Origin: Hydrurus foetidus
Taxonomy: Eukaryota
NCBI GenBank assembly: GCA_900617105.1
Contig: UYFQ01000600.1
Span: 186,001 to 250,000 of the forward strand
Reading direction: 5' to 3'
DNA: 64,000 nt
Below are positions 21,921-30,228 of the stretch, piece after piece (positions within the stretch are counted from its first letter, which is position 1; each line of letters begins with the position of its first letter). Below the pieces are notes generated by a model. That model saw only the letters and a list, made by a program, of their open reading frames with translations, made no database searches and had not been told where the DNA came from. The position numbers and the translations under genes are program-made.

Positions 21921-22278
21921 ATGGCCATGAGCTTCGACGTAGTGCGCGCCTTTGCCTTCACCCTGCCCGGGGTCGAGGACGGCACGGCCTATGGCCGCCC
22001 CTGCCTGAAGGCCCACGGCAAGTTCCTGACCCGGCTGTACGAGGACGGCCTCGCTGGTCTGCCCCGGCGTGGGGTTCGACGAGCGCGAGATGCTGATTCA
22101 GGCGCAGCCCGACACCTTCCATGTCACCGATCACTTCCGGAATTATCCGTATGTTCTTGTTCGTCTGGCACAGGTTCATCCGGGAACGGTGGAACGGCTG
22201 ATCGAACGGCAGTGGCGCGCGACCGCCCCCAAGAAGGCGCTCAAAGCCTGGGACGCCGCAAAAACGGAGACCGCATGA
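21921..22278 (+). CDS. MmcQ/YjbR family protein (frameshift near 22050)
   Basis: LPGVEDGTAYGRP...EREMLIQAQPDTFHVTDHFRNYPYVLVRL. Confidence 0.8.
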
Positions 22279-22919
22279 GAACCTGGCGCATCCTGATCGC
22301 CGCCCTGGCCTGCCTGGGTCCGGCGCTGCAATACGTCCTGATGGTGTACGACGAGACCCTGGCCTCGGGCTCGGTCAAGTCGGTCGAGTTCTTCAGCTAC
22401 TTCACCATCCTCAGCAACATCCTGGCCGCCGTGGTCCTGACCGCGCCGCTGGTCGCTCCGACCTCGGTCGTGGGCATCTGGGCCGAGCGCTCCTCGACCC
22501 GGATCAGCGTGGCCGTCTATCTGTCCATCACGGCGGCGATCTATCACACGCTGCTGGCGGGCCTGTGGGACCCCCGGGGCCTGCGCCTGGTGTCGGACAT
22601 CATCCTGCACACGATCACGCCCACCCTGTTCCTGGTCGACTGGCTGATGCGCGGCGGTCAGGGCGAGACCGGCCGGGCCACAGCCGCCAAGGCCCTGGTC
22701 TTTCCGGCGCTCTATGGCCTCTGGACCCTGGCCCATGGCGCGCTGTCGGGCTTCTATCCCTATCCGTTCTTCGATGTCGCCAAGCATGGCTACCTGTCGG
22801 TGATCGTGACCATGCTGGTCATGGCCGGCGGCTTCCTGCTGGTGGCACTGGCCTTCAGCCTGATCCATCAGGCCCGGACCAGGCTGGCCAATGGCCGCGG
22901 AACGCCTATATCCGCCTGA
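22275..22919 (+). CDS. Pr6Pr family membrane protein
   Basis: FSYFTILSN, IYHTLL, LHTITP, FYPYPF. Confidence 0.85.
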   Translation: MRTWRILIAALACLGPALQYVLMVYDETLASGSVKSVEFFSYFTILSNILAAVVLTAPLVAPTSVVGIWAERSSTRISVAVYLSITAAIYHTLLAGLWDPRGLRLVSDIILHTITPTLFLVDWLMRGGQGETGRATAAKALVFPALYGLWTLAHGALSGFYPYPFFDVAKHGYLSVIVTMLVMAGGFLLVALAFSLIHQARTRLANGRGTPISA

Positions 22920-22939
22920 CGCGTCGTCCGGAGTTTCCG

Positions 22940-23779
22940 ATGTCCAAGCTCGTCCCCGCCGTCCGTTCGGGCGATGTCCTGATGCCCGCCCTGGGTTTCG
23001 GCACCTGGCAGCTGGAGAACGGCTCGGCCCGGCCGCTGGTCGAACAGGCCCTGGAGATCGGCTACCGCCACATCGACACCGCCCAGATCTATCGCAACGA
23101 GCGTGATGTCGGCGCAGCCATCGCCGCCAGCGGGATCCGGCGCGACGAGATCTTCCTGACCACCAAGGTCTGGGTCGACCACTTCGCCGACGGCGACCTG
23201 CAGCGCTCGGCGGAAAAGAGCCTGGAAAAGCTGGGCGTCGACCATGTCGACCTGTTGCTGCTGCACTGGCCCAAGCCCGACGTGCCGCTGGCCCAGACGA
23301 TGGCGGCGCTCAACGACGTGCGCGATCGCGGCCTGACCCGCGCCATCGGCCTGTCAAACTTCCCCTCGGCGGTGATGGCCCAGGCCCAGGCGCTGTCCAA
23401 GGCGCCGATCGCCACCAACCAGGTCGAGTACCACCCCTATCTGTCGCAAAAGACCCTGATCACCGCCGCCCACGCGGCAGGAACCTCGATCACCGCCTGG
23501 TCGCCCCTGGCCCAGGGCAAGGTCGCCGAAGATCCGGTGCTGATCGCCATCGGCGCGGCCCACGGCAAGACACCGGGCCAGGCTGCGCTGCGCTGGCTGA
23601 TCCAGCAGGGCGTCATCGCCATCCCCCGCACCAAGACCCCGGCCCGCATCGCCGAGAACTTCGACGTTCTGGACTTCGACCTGACCGACGCCGAGATGGC
23701 GGCGGTCTTCGCCCTGGCGCGCCCGGATGGGCGGATGGGGAACTGGCTGGACGCGGCGTATAGCTGGGATGTGGATTAG
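22940..23779 (+). CDS. Aldo/keto reductase (DkgB-like)
   Basis: LGFGTW, GYRHIDTAQIY, LLLHWP, IGLSNF, NQVEYHPY. Confidence 0.93.
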   Translation: MSKLVPAVRSGDVLMPALGFGTWQLENGSARPLVEQALEIGYRHIDTAQIYRNERDVGAAIAASGIRRDEIFLTTKVWVDHFADGDLQRSAEKSLEKLGVDHVDLLLLHWPKPDVPLAQTMAALNDVRDRGLTRAIGLSNFPSAVMAQAQALSKAPIATNQVEYHPYLSQKTLITAAHAAGTSITAWSPLAQGKVAEDPVLIAIGAAHGKTPGQAALRWLIQQGVIAIPRTKTPARIAENFDVLDFDLTDAEMAAVFALARPDGRMGNWLDAAYSWDVD

Positions 23780-23791
23780 GGGGACAGGGCT

Positions 23792-23822
23792 GATCGTCTC
23801 ACCGTGAGACGTCAGGATGGCC
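23792..23822. repeat. 31-bp direct repeat, left copy
   Basis: GATCGTCTCACCGTGAGACGTCAGGATGGCC; 27/31 identical to 26408-26438. Confidence 0.85.
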
Positions 23823-23867
23823 ACCTCCGACACGACGGTAAGCAGTGCCCACCAGCGCAACCCGCCA

Positions 23868-26231
23868 TCAGTGCGCCGCCGCGCGCTGCCGCCCTTGACC
23901 CGCCAGGGCGTAGTATAGCCCGTCAACGAGCACAGCCGGGGCGATGGGTTTTGCGATCGTGCCCGAAAATGGGCCAGAGGGTTCAAACGAGGTCGCGAGA
24001 TCGGCGCTGAAGGCCAGGATGGGCGTATCGGCGTTTGGCCCCGCACCGTCGACGATGGCGCGGGCGGCGGCTTCGCCCCCCATGCCCGGCATCCGGATAT
24101 CCATCAGGATCAGATCGAACGGTTGCCCGCGCGCCGTGCTGACGGCGACTTCACCGCAGTCCGCCTCGACCACGTCCAGTCCGACGCTTTGGCTGATCAG
24201 GCGCACGAGCTCCCGGTTGGCCTCGTTGTCGTCCACGATCAGCAGACTGAGCCCCTGGATCGTATCGGCCTCGGGTCTGGCGTGATCAGGGTCTGGGTGC
24301 AATTCGACGTCGGCCCTGACCAGCGGCACCTCGAAGAAGAAGGTGCTGCCTTCACCTAGAGTACTGGTGACACCGATGACCCCGCCCATGGCCTCGACCA
24401 GCCCCTTGCAAATGGCGAGGCCGAGCCCCGTGCCGCCGTGCAGTCGGGCGGTTGAAGCGTCCACCTGTGAAAACCGTTTGAACAGCCGATCAAGGCGCTC
24501 CGCCGGGATGCCGCAGCCGGTATCGCGCACCTCAAAACGGAGCCACTGGTCGTGCGCGATCGGCGCGACTGAAACCGTGACAGAGCCTGCGCCCGTGAAC
24601 TTTACGGCATTGCTGGTCAGGTTGAGCAAAACCTGGCGCAGGCGCGCCCCGTCGAGCATGAGCGCCGCGTCCGGCGCCCGGTCAATGTCGCAGGTCAGCG
24701 CCAGCGACTTGGCGGCAGCCTGGGGGACCATGAGCCCGATCGAATTTTCCAGGAACGCGCCGACCTGAACAGGGTGCAGTTCGATCTCCACCTGCCCCGC
24801 TTCAAGCTTGGAAAAATCCAGTATGTCGTTCACTTCCGTGAGCAGGACCTCGGCCGCGTGACTGATACGGGTGGCGTAGTGGTGACTTTGCGGGTCATTT
24901 TCCAGGCAGGGCTTCAACAGTTCCGAGAAGCCGATGATGCTGTTGAGAGGCGTGCGAAGCTCATGGCTTATGTTGGCCATGAATTCTGCCTTCACGGCCG
25001 TGGCGGCTTCAGCCTGATCGCGCGCAGCCACCAAAAGGGTATTGGTTTCCTGAAGTTTTTGTTCAGCAATCTTGAGCGACGTGACGTCGCTGACCAGCAC
25101 ATAGAACCCCAGGGTCTGCCCGGATGAATCGATGTCTGGAATGTAGTGACTTAAGGTGTGACAGACCTCTCCGGAAGGTTTGATCAAAGTGCGCGGAAAT
25201 GTCTGTCGTTGACCTTCCAGTACGCCGCGAATGTGCTGAGCATTTTTCTCAAGCAGTTCAGGGCCAAGAAGTTCAGGCAGTGTAATTTTGAGCATCGTGG
25301 CTGCAGAGACGCCAAACCAATCCGAATAGGCGGCGTTTGAGAATTGGCAATGCAGTGTGCTGTCCCAATAGGCGACCAGGCCGGGCAGATTGTCGGCCAG
25401 GGTGCGGATGAACCGCGACCTCGTCAGATGTTCGGTGATGTCCTGAAACGTGCCGACAATCGTGCTGATCGCGCCGCTGGCGTCTCGCAGACAAGCGCCG
25501 CGAGCGATGACTTGCCGCTCTGCGCCATCCGGCCGGTAGATCCGAGCCTCCAGGGCGTAGTCGCGCCCCTCGGAGACCGCGCGCTGCACACAGTCGCCCA
25601 GCAGCTTCGCATCGTCAGGATGGTATCGGTCGAGAACGCCTTGCAGAGGCGGCGGTTCGACGCCGATCGGGTAGCCATGAATGCGGTAGACCTGATCCGA
25701 CCAGGTGGTGCGATCTGTCGCCACATCCCATGACCAGGTCCCGACGCCCGCCATATCCTCGGACAGCTTGAGCATGGTCGCCTGTTGGGCGGCCTCAGCT
25801 GCGGCGGCGGCCAGTCTCAGCTCCGCCTCCCTGCGCTCGCTGATGTCGCGCGTGATCTTGGCAAACCCGACAAGTCTGCCCTCGTCATGGATGGGCGTGA
25901 TCACGACACTGGCCCAGAAGTGGCTCCCGTCCTTGCGGACCCGCCACCCCTCGCACTCAAAGCGTCCTCGCCCCCGAGCCGTTGCGAGGGCTCCCTGAGG
26001 TTCGCCTCTGGCCTGGTCCTCGGCGGCGTAAAACATTGCGAAGTCACGCCCGATGACTTCGCCGGCCCTGTAGCCCTTGAAGCGCTCAGCCCCGGCGTTC
26101 CAGCTTGTGACGATGCCGGCCGGATCGAGCATGTAGATGGCGTAGTCGGTCACAGCGTCGAGGAGGATTCGGTACTGTTGATCGTCGACTGGGGGCAAGG
26201 CGGATCGGTCAGCGCTGGACTTGCAGACCAT
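23868..26231 (-). CDS. Cytoplasmic hybrid sensor kinase (3 PAS, HisKA, HATPase, REC)
   Basis: PAS motifs (WNAGAERFKGY, WSDQVYRIHG), ISHELRTPL, NAVKFT, GGTGLGL, DIRMP; more A/T-ending codons than flanking genes. Confidence 0.93.
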   Translation of the reverse strand: MVCKSSADRSALPPVDDQQYRILLDAVTDYAIYMLDPAGIVTSWNAGAERFKGYRAGEVIGRDFAMFYAAEDQARGEPQGALATARGRGRFECEGWRVRKDGSHFWASVVITPIHDEGRLVGFAKITRDISERREAELRLAAAAAEAAQQATMLKLSEDMAGVGTWSWDVATDRTTWSDQVYRIHGYPIGVEPPPLQGVLDRYHPDDAKLLGDCVQRAVSEGRDYALEARIYRPDGAERQVIARGACLRDASGAISTIVGTFQDITEHLTRSRFIRTLADNLPGLVAYWDSTLHCQFSNAAYSDWFGVSAATMLKITLPELLGPELLEKNAQHIRGVLEGQRQTFPRTLIKPSGEVCHTLSHYIPDIDSSGQTLGFYVLVSDVTSLKIAEQKLQETNTLLVAARDQAEAATAVKAEFMANISHELRTPLNSIIGFSELLKPCLENDPQSHHYATRISHAAEVLLTEVNDILDFSKLEAGQVEIELHPVQVGAFLENSIGLMVPQAAAKSLALTCDIDRAPDAALMLDGARLRQVLLNLTSNAVKFTGAGSVTVSVAPIAHDQWLRFEVRDTGCGIPAERLDRLFKRFSQVDASTARLHGGTGLGLAICKGLVEAMGGVIGVTSTLGEGSTFFFEVPLVRADVELHPDPDHARPEADTIQGLSLLIVDDNEANRELVRLISQSVGLDVVEADCGEVAVSTARGQPFDLILMDIRMPGMGGEAAARAIVDGAGPNADTPILAFSADLATSFEPSGPFSGTIAKPIAPAVLVDGLYYALAGQGRQRAAAH

Positions 26232-26407
26232 ACCCAACACCCTGCCCTCCCGAATGGGTCACAACCGACAACATACTTCCGGCGATTCAGCCGGGCGCCC
26301 GCGTGGACTGTGGAGGGCTTTCGAGAAAAGGAAACGGCAATCGCTGTGTCAAATCGACGCGAGGCGGCGGCTTTGCTGGGCCGTCCTGAGTGACCTGATC
26401 CGCCCGC

Positions 26408-26438
26408 GATCGTCTCGCCGTGAGCTGTAAGGATGGCC
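26408..26438. repeat. 31-bp direct repeat, right copy
   Basis: GATCGTCTCGCCGTGAGCTGTAAGGATGGCC. Confidence 0.85.
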
Positions 26439-26476
26439 CTGCCCGAGAGAGGCTTCGCCTCAGAACCCATAATCCT

Positions 26477-26586
26477 CCCGTCATCCGGGACGTTCCCGGA
26501 CCGCCCTCCGCCGCACGGGCGGCGCAGGAATGATCGAAGGCGGGGCGGCTGAACCTGGGTCCCGGGGACAGCCCCGGGATGACGGG
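26477..26586. repeat. REP-like palindrome (GTCATCC class), related to 4793-4904
   Basis: CCCGTCATCC...GGATGACGGG ends; shares GGGACGTTCC and GGTCCCGGG motifs with the 4793 copy. Confidence 0.8.
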
Positions 26587-26728
26587 GTACCGTGCGCCGG
26601 CCTCTATCCCCGTGCGAGCACGGGGATAGCCACCCCTCCCCCAAGGAAATCAACGCCCTGACCGCCGCACCCAGCGTCACGATCCAAAATCGACGCAGCC
26701 CCCTGCAAACCTCCCGCATAATCACTCT

Positions 26729-27087
26729 CGCCCCATCGCAGGGGAGGGCCGAAGCTGGCGACCGACACGCGCGATGGGGCGGTTGTGCGGGGCCACCGGT
26801 CGGACGCATGTCCGGGCGGCCGGCTTAAAGTGAGGACAGGGGACGTAAACCTGTCCATCGGGGGAAAGCCAAAGCCTCCGCCCGTCCGAAGGTCCGCTCC
26901 GGGTTCCTCCGGAATCGGCGTGGCTTGCAGCTTCAGGGCTGGGTCCGTCGCGAGGAGGATGAAACCCGGGTGGGGCAAAAGGCTGAACAGGCCTGCGCGC
27001 CCCGGCCAGAGGGATAACGACCGCGCGGAGCGCTCCGGCCACGGCCGAAACGGTACTCCTCTACACCCCATCCGGGCCTGGCCCGGA
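26729..27087 (+). ncRNA. Candidate large structured non-coding RNA, family unassigned
   Basis: No credible ORF; CATAAT at 26717-26722 just upstream; many nested complementary segments with A-rich linkers (see findings); strand inferred. Confidence 0.55.
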
Positions 27088-27266
27088 CGCTCCGCCGCCT
27101 CCCCACACTTGCCGGTGCAGGCCGGCCGCGACGATGCGCCGTGTCAGGGTTGGCCCTGTCTTACCGCAACGAACCTGCGTCCGCCTTCAGACAATCGCGG
27201 TTCCCCCTCGCGGCGAAAGCGCCTAGGTAAGGCTCAACCTGAGCATATCCGGATCGGATCGGACTT

Positions 27267-28538
27267 ATGGACGACGCGGGCGTCAGCTTGCAGGCGAAGA
27301 TGATCGCGATGGGCGAGGCCGCCCGTGCGGGCGCGCGCGCCCTGCGTCTCGCCTCAGCCGAGCAGCGCACCGCCGCCCTCCAGGCCATGGCCAAGGCGAT
27401 CCGCGCGAGGACGCCGCCCGCATCCTGACCGCCAACGCCAAGGGACGGAGCAGGCCAAGGCCAATGGCCTTTCCGGCCCGATGCTGGATCGCCTGCTGCT
27501 GGACGACGCCCGTCTGGACGCCATGGCCCAGGGCGTCGAGACCGTGGCCGCTATCGCCGACCCCGTAGGCGTCGCGACCGCGCGCTGGACCCGGCCAACG
27601 GGCTGGACATCGCCAGTGCGCACGCCGATCGGGGTGATCGCCATGATCTATGAGAGCCGGCCCAACGTCACCGCCGACGCCGCCGCCCTGTGCGTGCGCT
27701 CGGGCAATGCGGTGATCCTGCGCGGCGGGTCCGAATGCCTGGCCTCAAGCCTGGCCATCCACGCCGCCATCGTGCGGGGCCTGAAGGCAGCCGGCCTGCC
27801 CGCCAGCGCCGTCCAGGCGTGGGCACGTCCGACCGCGCCGCCGTCGGCCACATCCTGTCGGGCCTGAACCGGACCATCGACCTGATCATCCCGCGCGGCG
27901 GCAAGAGCCTGGTGGCCCGGGTGCAGGCCGAGGCCCGCGCCCCGGTGCTGGGCCATCTGGAAGGCCTTAACCACGTCTTCGTCCATGCCGGGGCCGATCC
28001 GCAAAAGGCCATCGACATCGCCGTCAACGCCAAGATGCGGCGGGTGTCGGTCTGCGGCTCGGCCGAGACCCTGCTGGTCGACCGGGCCATTGCCGAGCGC
28101 CTGCTGCCGCTGCTGGCCGACGCCCTGATCAAGGCCGGCTGCGAGCTGCGCGGCGACGCGGCCGCCCTGGCCATCGAGCCGACGATGAAGAAGGCCAAGG
28201 ACGCCGACTGGACCACCGAATATCTGGCCCCGATCCTGTCGGTGGCCATTGTCGACGGGGTGGCCGGGGCGGCTGAGCACATCGCCCGCTATGGCTCTGG
28301 CCACACCGACGCCATCGTCACCGAGGATCCCGCCGCCGCCGAGGCCTTCGCGGCCGAGGTCGACAGCGCCATCGTGCTGATCAACGCCTCCACCCAGTTC
28401 GCCGACGGCGGAGAATTCGGCTTTGGAGCCGAGATCGGTATCGCCACAGACAAACTCCATGCCCGCGGTCCGGTCGGGGCCGAGCAATTGACGACATTCA
28501 AATATGTGGTTCGCGGGACCGGCCAGACTCGTCCCTGA
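27267..28538 (+). CDS. proA: Gamma-glutamyl phosphate reductase (several frameshifts)
   Basis: [55 protein letters not shown]. Confidence 0.95.
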
Positions 28539-29160
28539 GGCCGGCCGGCCTAGCGCGCAGCGTCTCGGATTCCATCTGGAGCCGGGCATGCGCGTCGGGC
28601 TGTTCGGCGGCAGCTTCAATCCCGCGCACGAGGGTCACGCCCACGTCGCGGAGACGGCCCTGCATCGCCTGAACCTCGACAAGGTGATCTGGCTGGTCTC
28701 GCCGCAGAACCCGCTGAAATCCTCGGCCGAGACGCGGCCCCTGGCCCAGCGCATGGCCGCCGCCCGGCAGTGGGCGCGGGGCAGCTCGATGATCGTCTCC
28801 GACGCCGAGACGCGGCTGGGCTCGCAATACACGATCGACACCCTGCGGGTGCTGCGGGCCCGCTATCCGGGCGTGAAATTCGTCTGGGTGATGGGCGCCG
28901 ACAGCCTGGCCACCTTCCATCGCTGGCGGGGCTGGACCCAGATCATGCGCGAAGTGCCGGTGGCGGTGATCTCGCGGCCGTGGGCGGGGCTGAAGTCGCG
29001 CACATCGCCCGCCGCGCGGCGTTTCGCCCATGCCCGCAAGCCCGCCAGCGCCGCCGCCACCCTGCCCGACCAGACCGCCCCGGCCTGGGTCTATCTGACC
29101 GGCCCGCTCAATTTCGCCTCGTCCACGGCCATGCGCGAACGGCTGAATAAAGCGCCGTAA
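28504..29160 (+). CDS. nadD: Nicotinate-nucleotide adenylyltransferase (start may be 28588)
   Basis: [26 protein letters not shown]. Confidence 0.93.
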   Translation: MWFAGPARLVPEAGRPSAQRLGFHLEPGMRVGLFGGSFNPAHEGHAHVAETALHRLNLDKVIWLVSPQNPLKSSAETRPLAQRMAAARQWARGSSMIVSDAETRLGSQYTIDTLRVLRARYPGVKFVWVMGADSLATFHRWRGWTQIMREVPVAVISRPWAGLKSRTSPAARRFAHARKPASAAATLPDQTAPAWVYLTGPLNFASSTAMRERLNKAP

Positions 29161-29266
29161 CCGGACGTGAACGGACCGCGCTTAGCCAAACGCACGCAAC
29201 CCCTCACCTTTTCGACTCATCCATGCTATGAGGAGAACCCGCGCGACCCCATAAGGAGTACTTCCG

Positions 29267-29704
29267 CTGCGTAGCGACCCCGCGCAAATTGCGCACGATG
29301 ACACGGCGACCGCCGAGTCCTCGACCCACAAGCCAGACCTCAGTCTGGACCAGAGCATCAAGGCTCTGGAGACCCTGATCCTGTCGCGCCTCGACGACGA
29401 CAAGGCCCAGGACATCGTCCACATCGATCTGACGGACAAGAGCTCGGTGGCTGACAGCCTCATCGTGGCGTCTGGCCGTTCGCACCGTCACGTCGGCGCC
29501 CTGGCCGATCACATCATCCGCGCCCTCAAGGAAAACGGGTTCGGCAAGGCGCGGGTCGAAGGCCTGCCGCATTGCGACTGGGTCCTGATCGACGCCGGCG
29601 ACGTGGTCGTGCACCTGTTCCGTCCCGAAGTGCGCACCTTCTACAATATCGAGAAGATCTGGGCGATCGACGCCCCGCACCGCATCGCCACCTCGGCGAA
29701 CTAG
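29267..29704 (+). CDS. rsfS: Ribosome silencing factor (probable CTG start)
   Basis: DDDKAQDIV.IDL, SGRSHRHV, DWVLIDAGDVVVHLF, FYNIEKIW; AAGGAG 8 nt before an in-frame CTG. Confidence 0.92.
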   Translation: MRSDPAQIAHDDTATAESSTHKPDLSLDQSIKALETLILSRLDDDKAQDIVHIDLTDKSSVADSLIVASGRSHRHVGALADHIIRALKENGFGKARVEGLPHCDWVLIDAGDVVVHLFRPEVRTFYNIEKIWAIDAPHRIATSAN

Positions 29705-29752
29705 CCCTTATCGCGTCATCGGCCTTTGATCGCCGGTGACGCGGGTTGGCGC

Positions 29753-30212
29753 ATGAAGCTCACCATCCTCACCGTTGGCAAGCTCGGCCGCATGGTCGAG
29801 GCGCAGATGGCGCTGGACTACATGTCCCGCGCCACGGCGTCCGGCCGCGTGCTGGCCCTGGGTCCGGCCGAGATCATCGAGGTCGAGGCCAGGAAGCCCG
29901 GCAAGGCCGCCGAGGCCGAGGTGCTGCGTCCGCACCTTGAAGGCCTGTCATCGCCTGTGACGAGCACGGCAAGGTTCGGCCCAGCCGCGCCTTCGCCGAG
30001 CATATTGGCCGGCTGCGCGACGATGGGACGCGGAAGGTCGTGTTTCTGATCGGCGGGGCCGATGGCCTGGATCCCGCGATCCTGGCCAACGCCCATGAAA
30101 CCCTGGCTTTGGGCCACAGACCTGGCCCCACGCCCTGGCCCGGGCGATGCTGGCCGAGCAGATCTATCGCGCCGTCACCATCCTGGCGGGCTCGCCCTAT
30201 CACCGCGACTAG
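29753..30212 (+). CDS. rlmH: 23S rRNA (pseudouridine1915-N3)-methyltransferase (frameshifted)
   Basis: [37 protein letters not shown]...GSPYHRD; follows rsfS. Confidence 0.9.
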
Positions 30213-30228
30213 GGCTAGACAGGGCCAG

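Noticed and set aside
26785..27071. Group II intron reading of the RNA candidate (starts GTGCG, ends AT with an A seven nt from the end)
   Set aside because: No recognisable domain V, no RT ORF, only 287 nt and no interrupted gene; the boundary motifs are short enough to be chance
26150..27303. Predicted ORFs across the kinase-proA gap
   Set aside because: Arg/Pro/Gly-rich translations running through repeats and hairpins, with no family motifs
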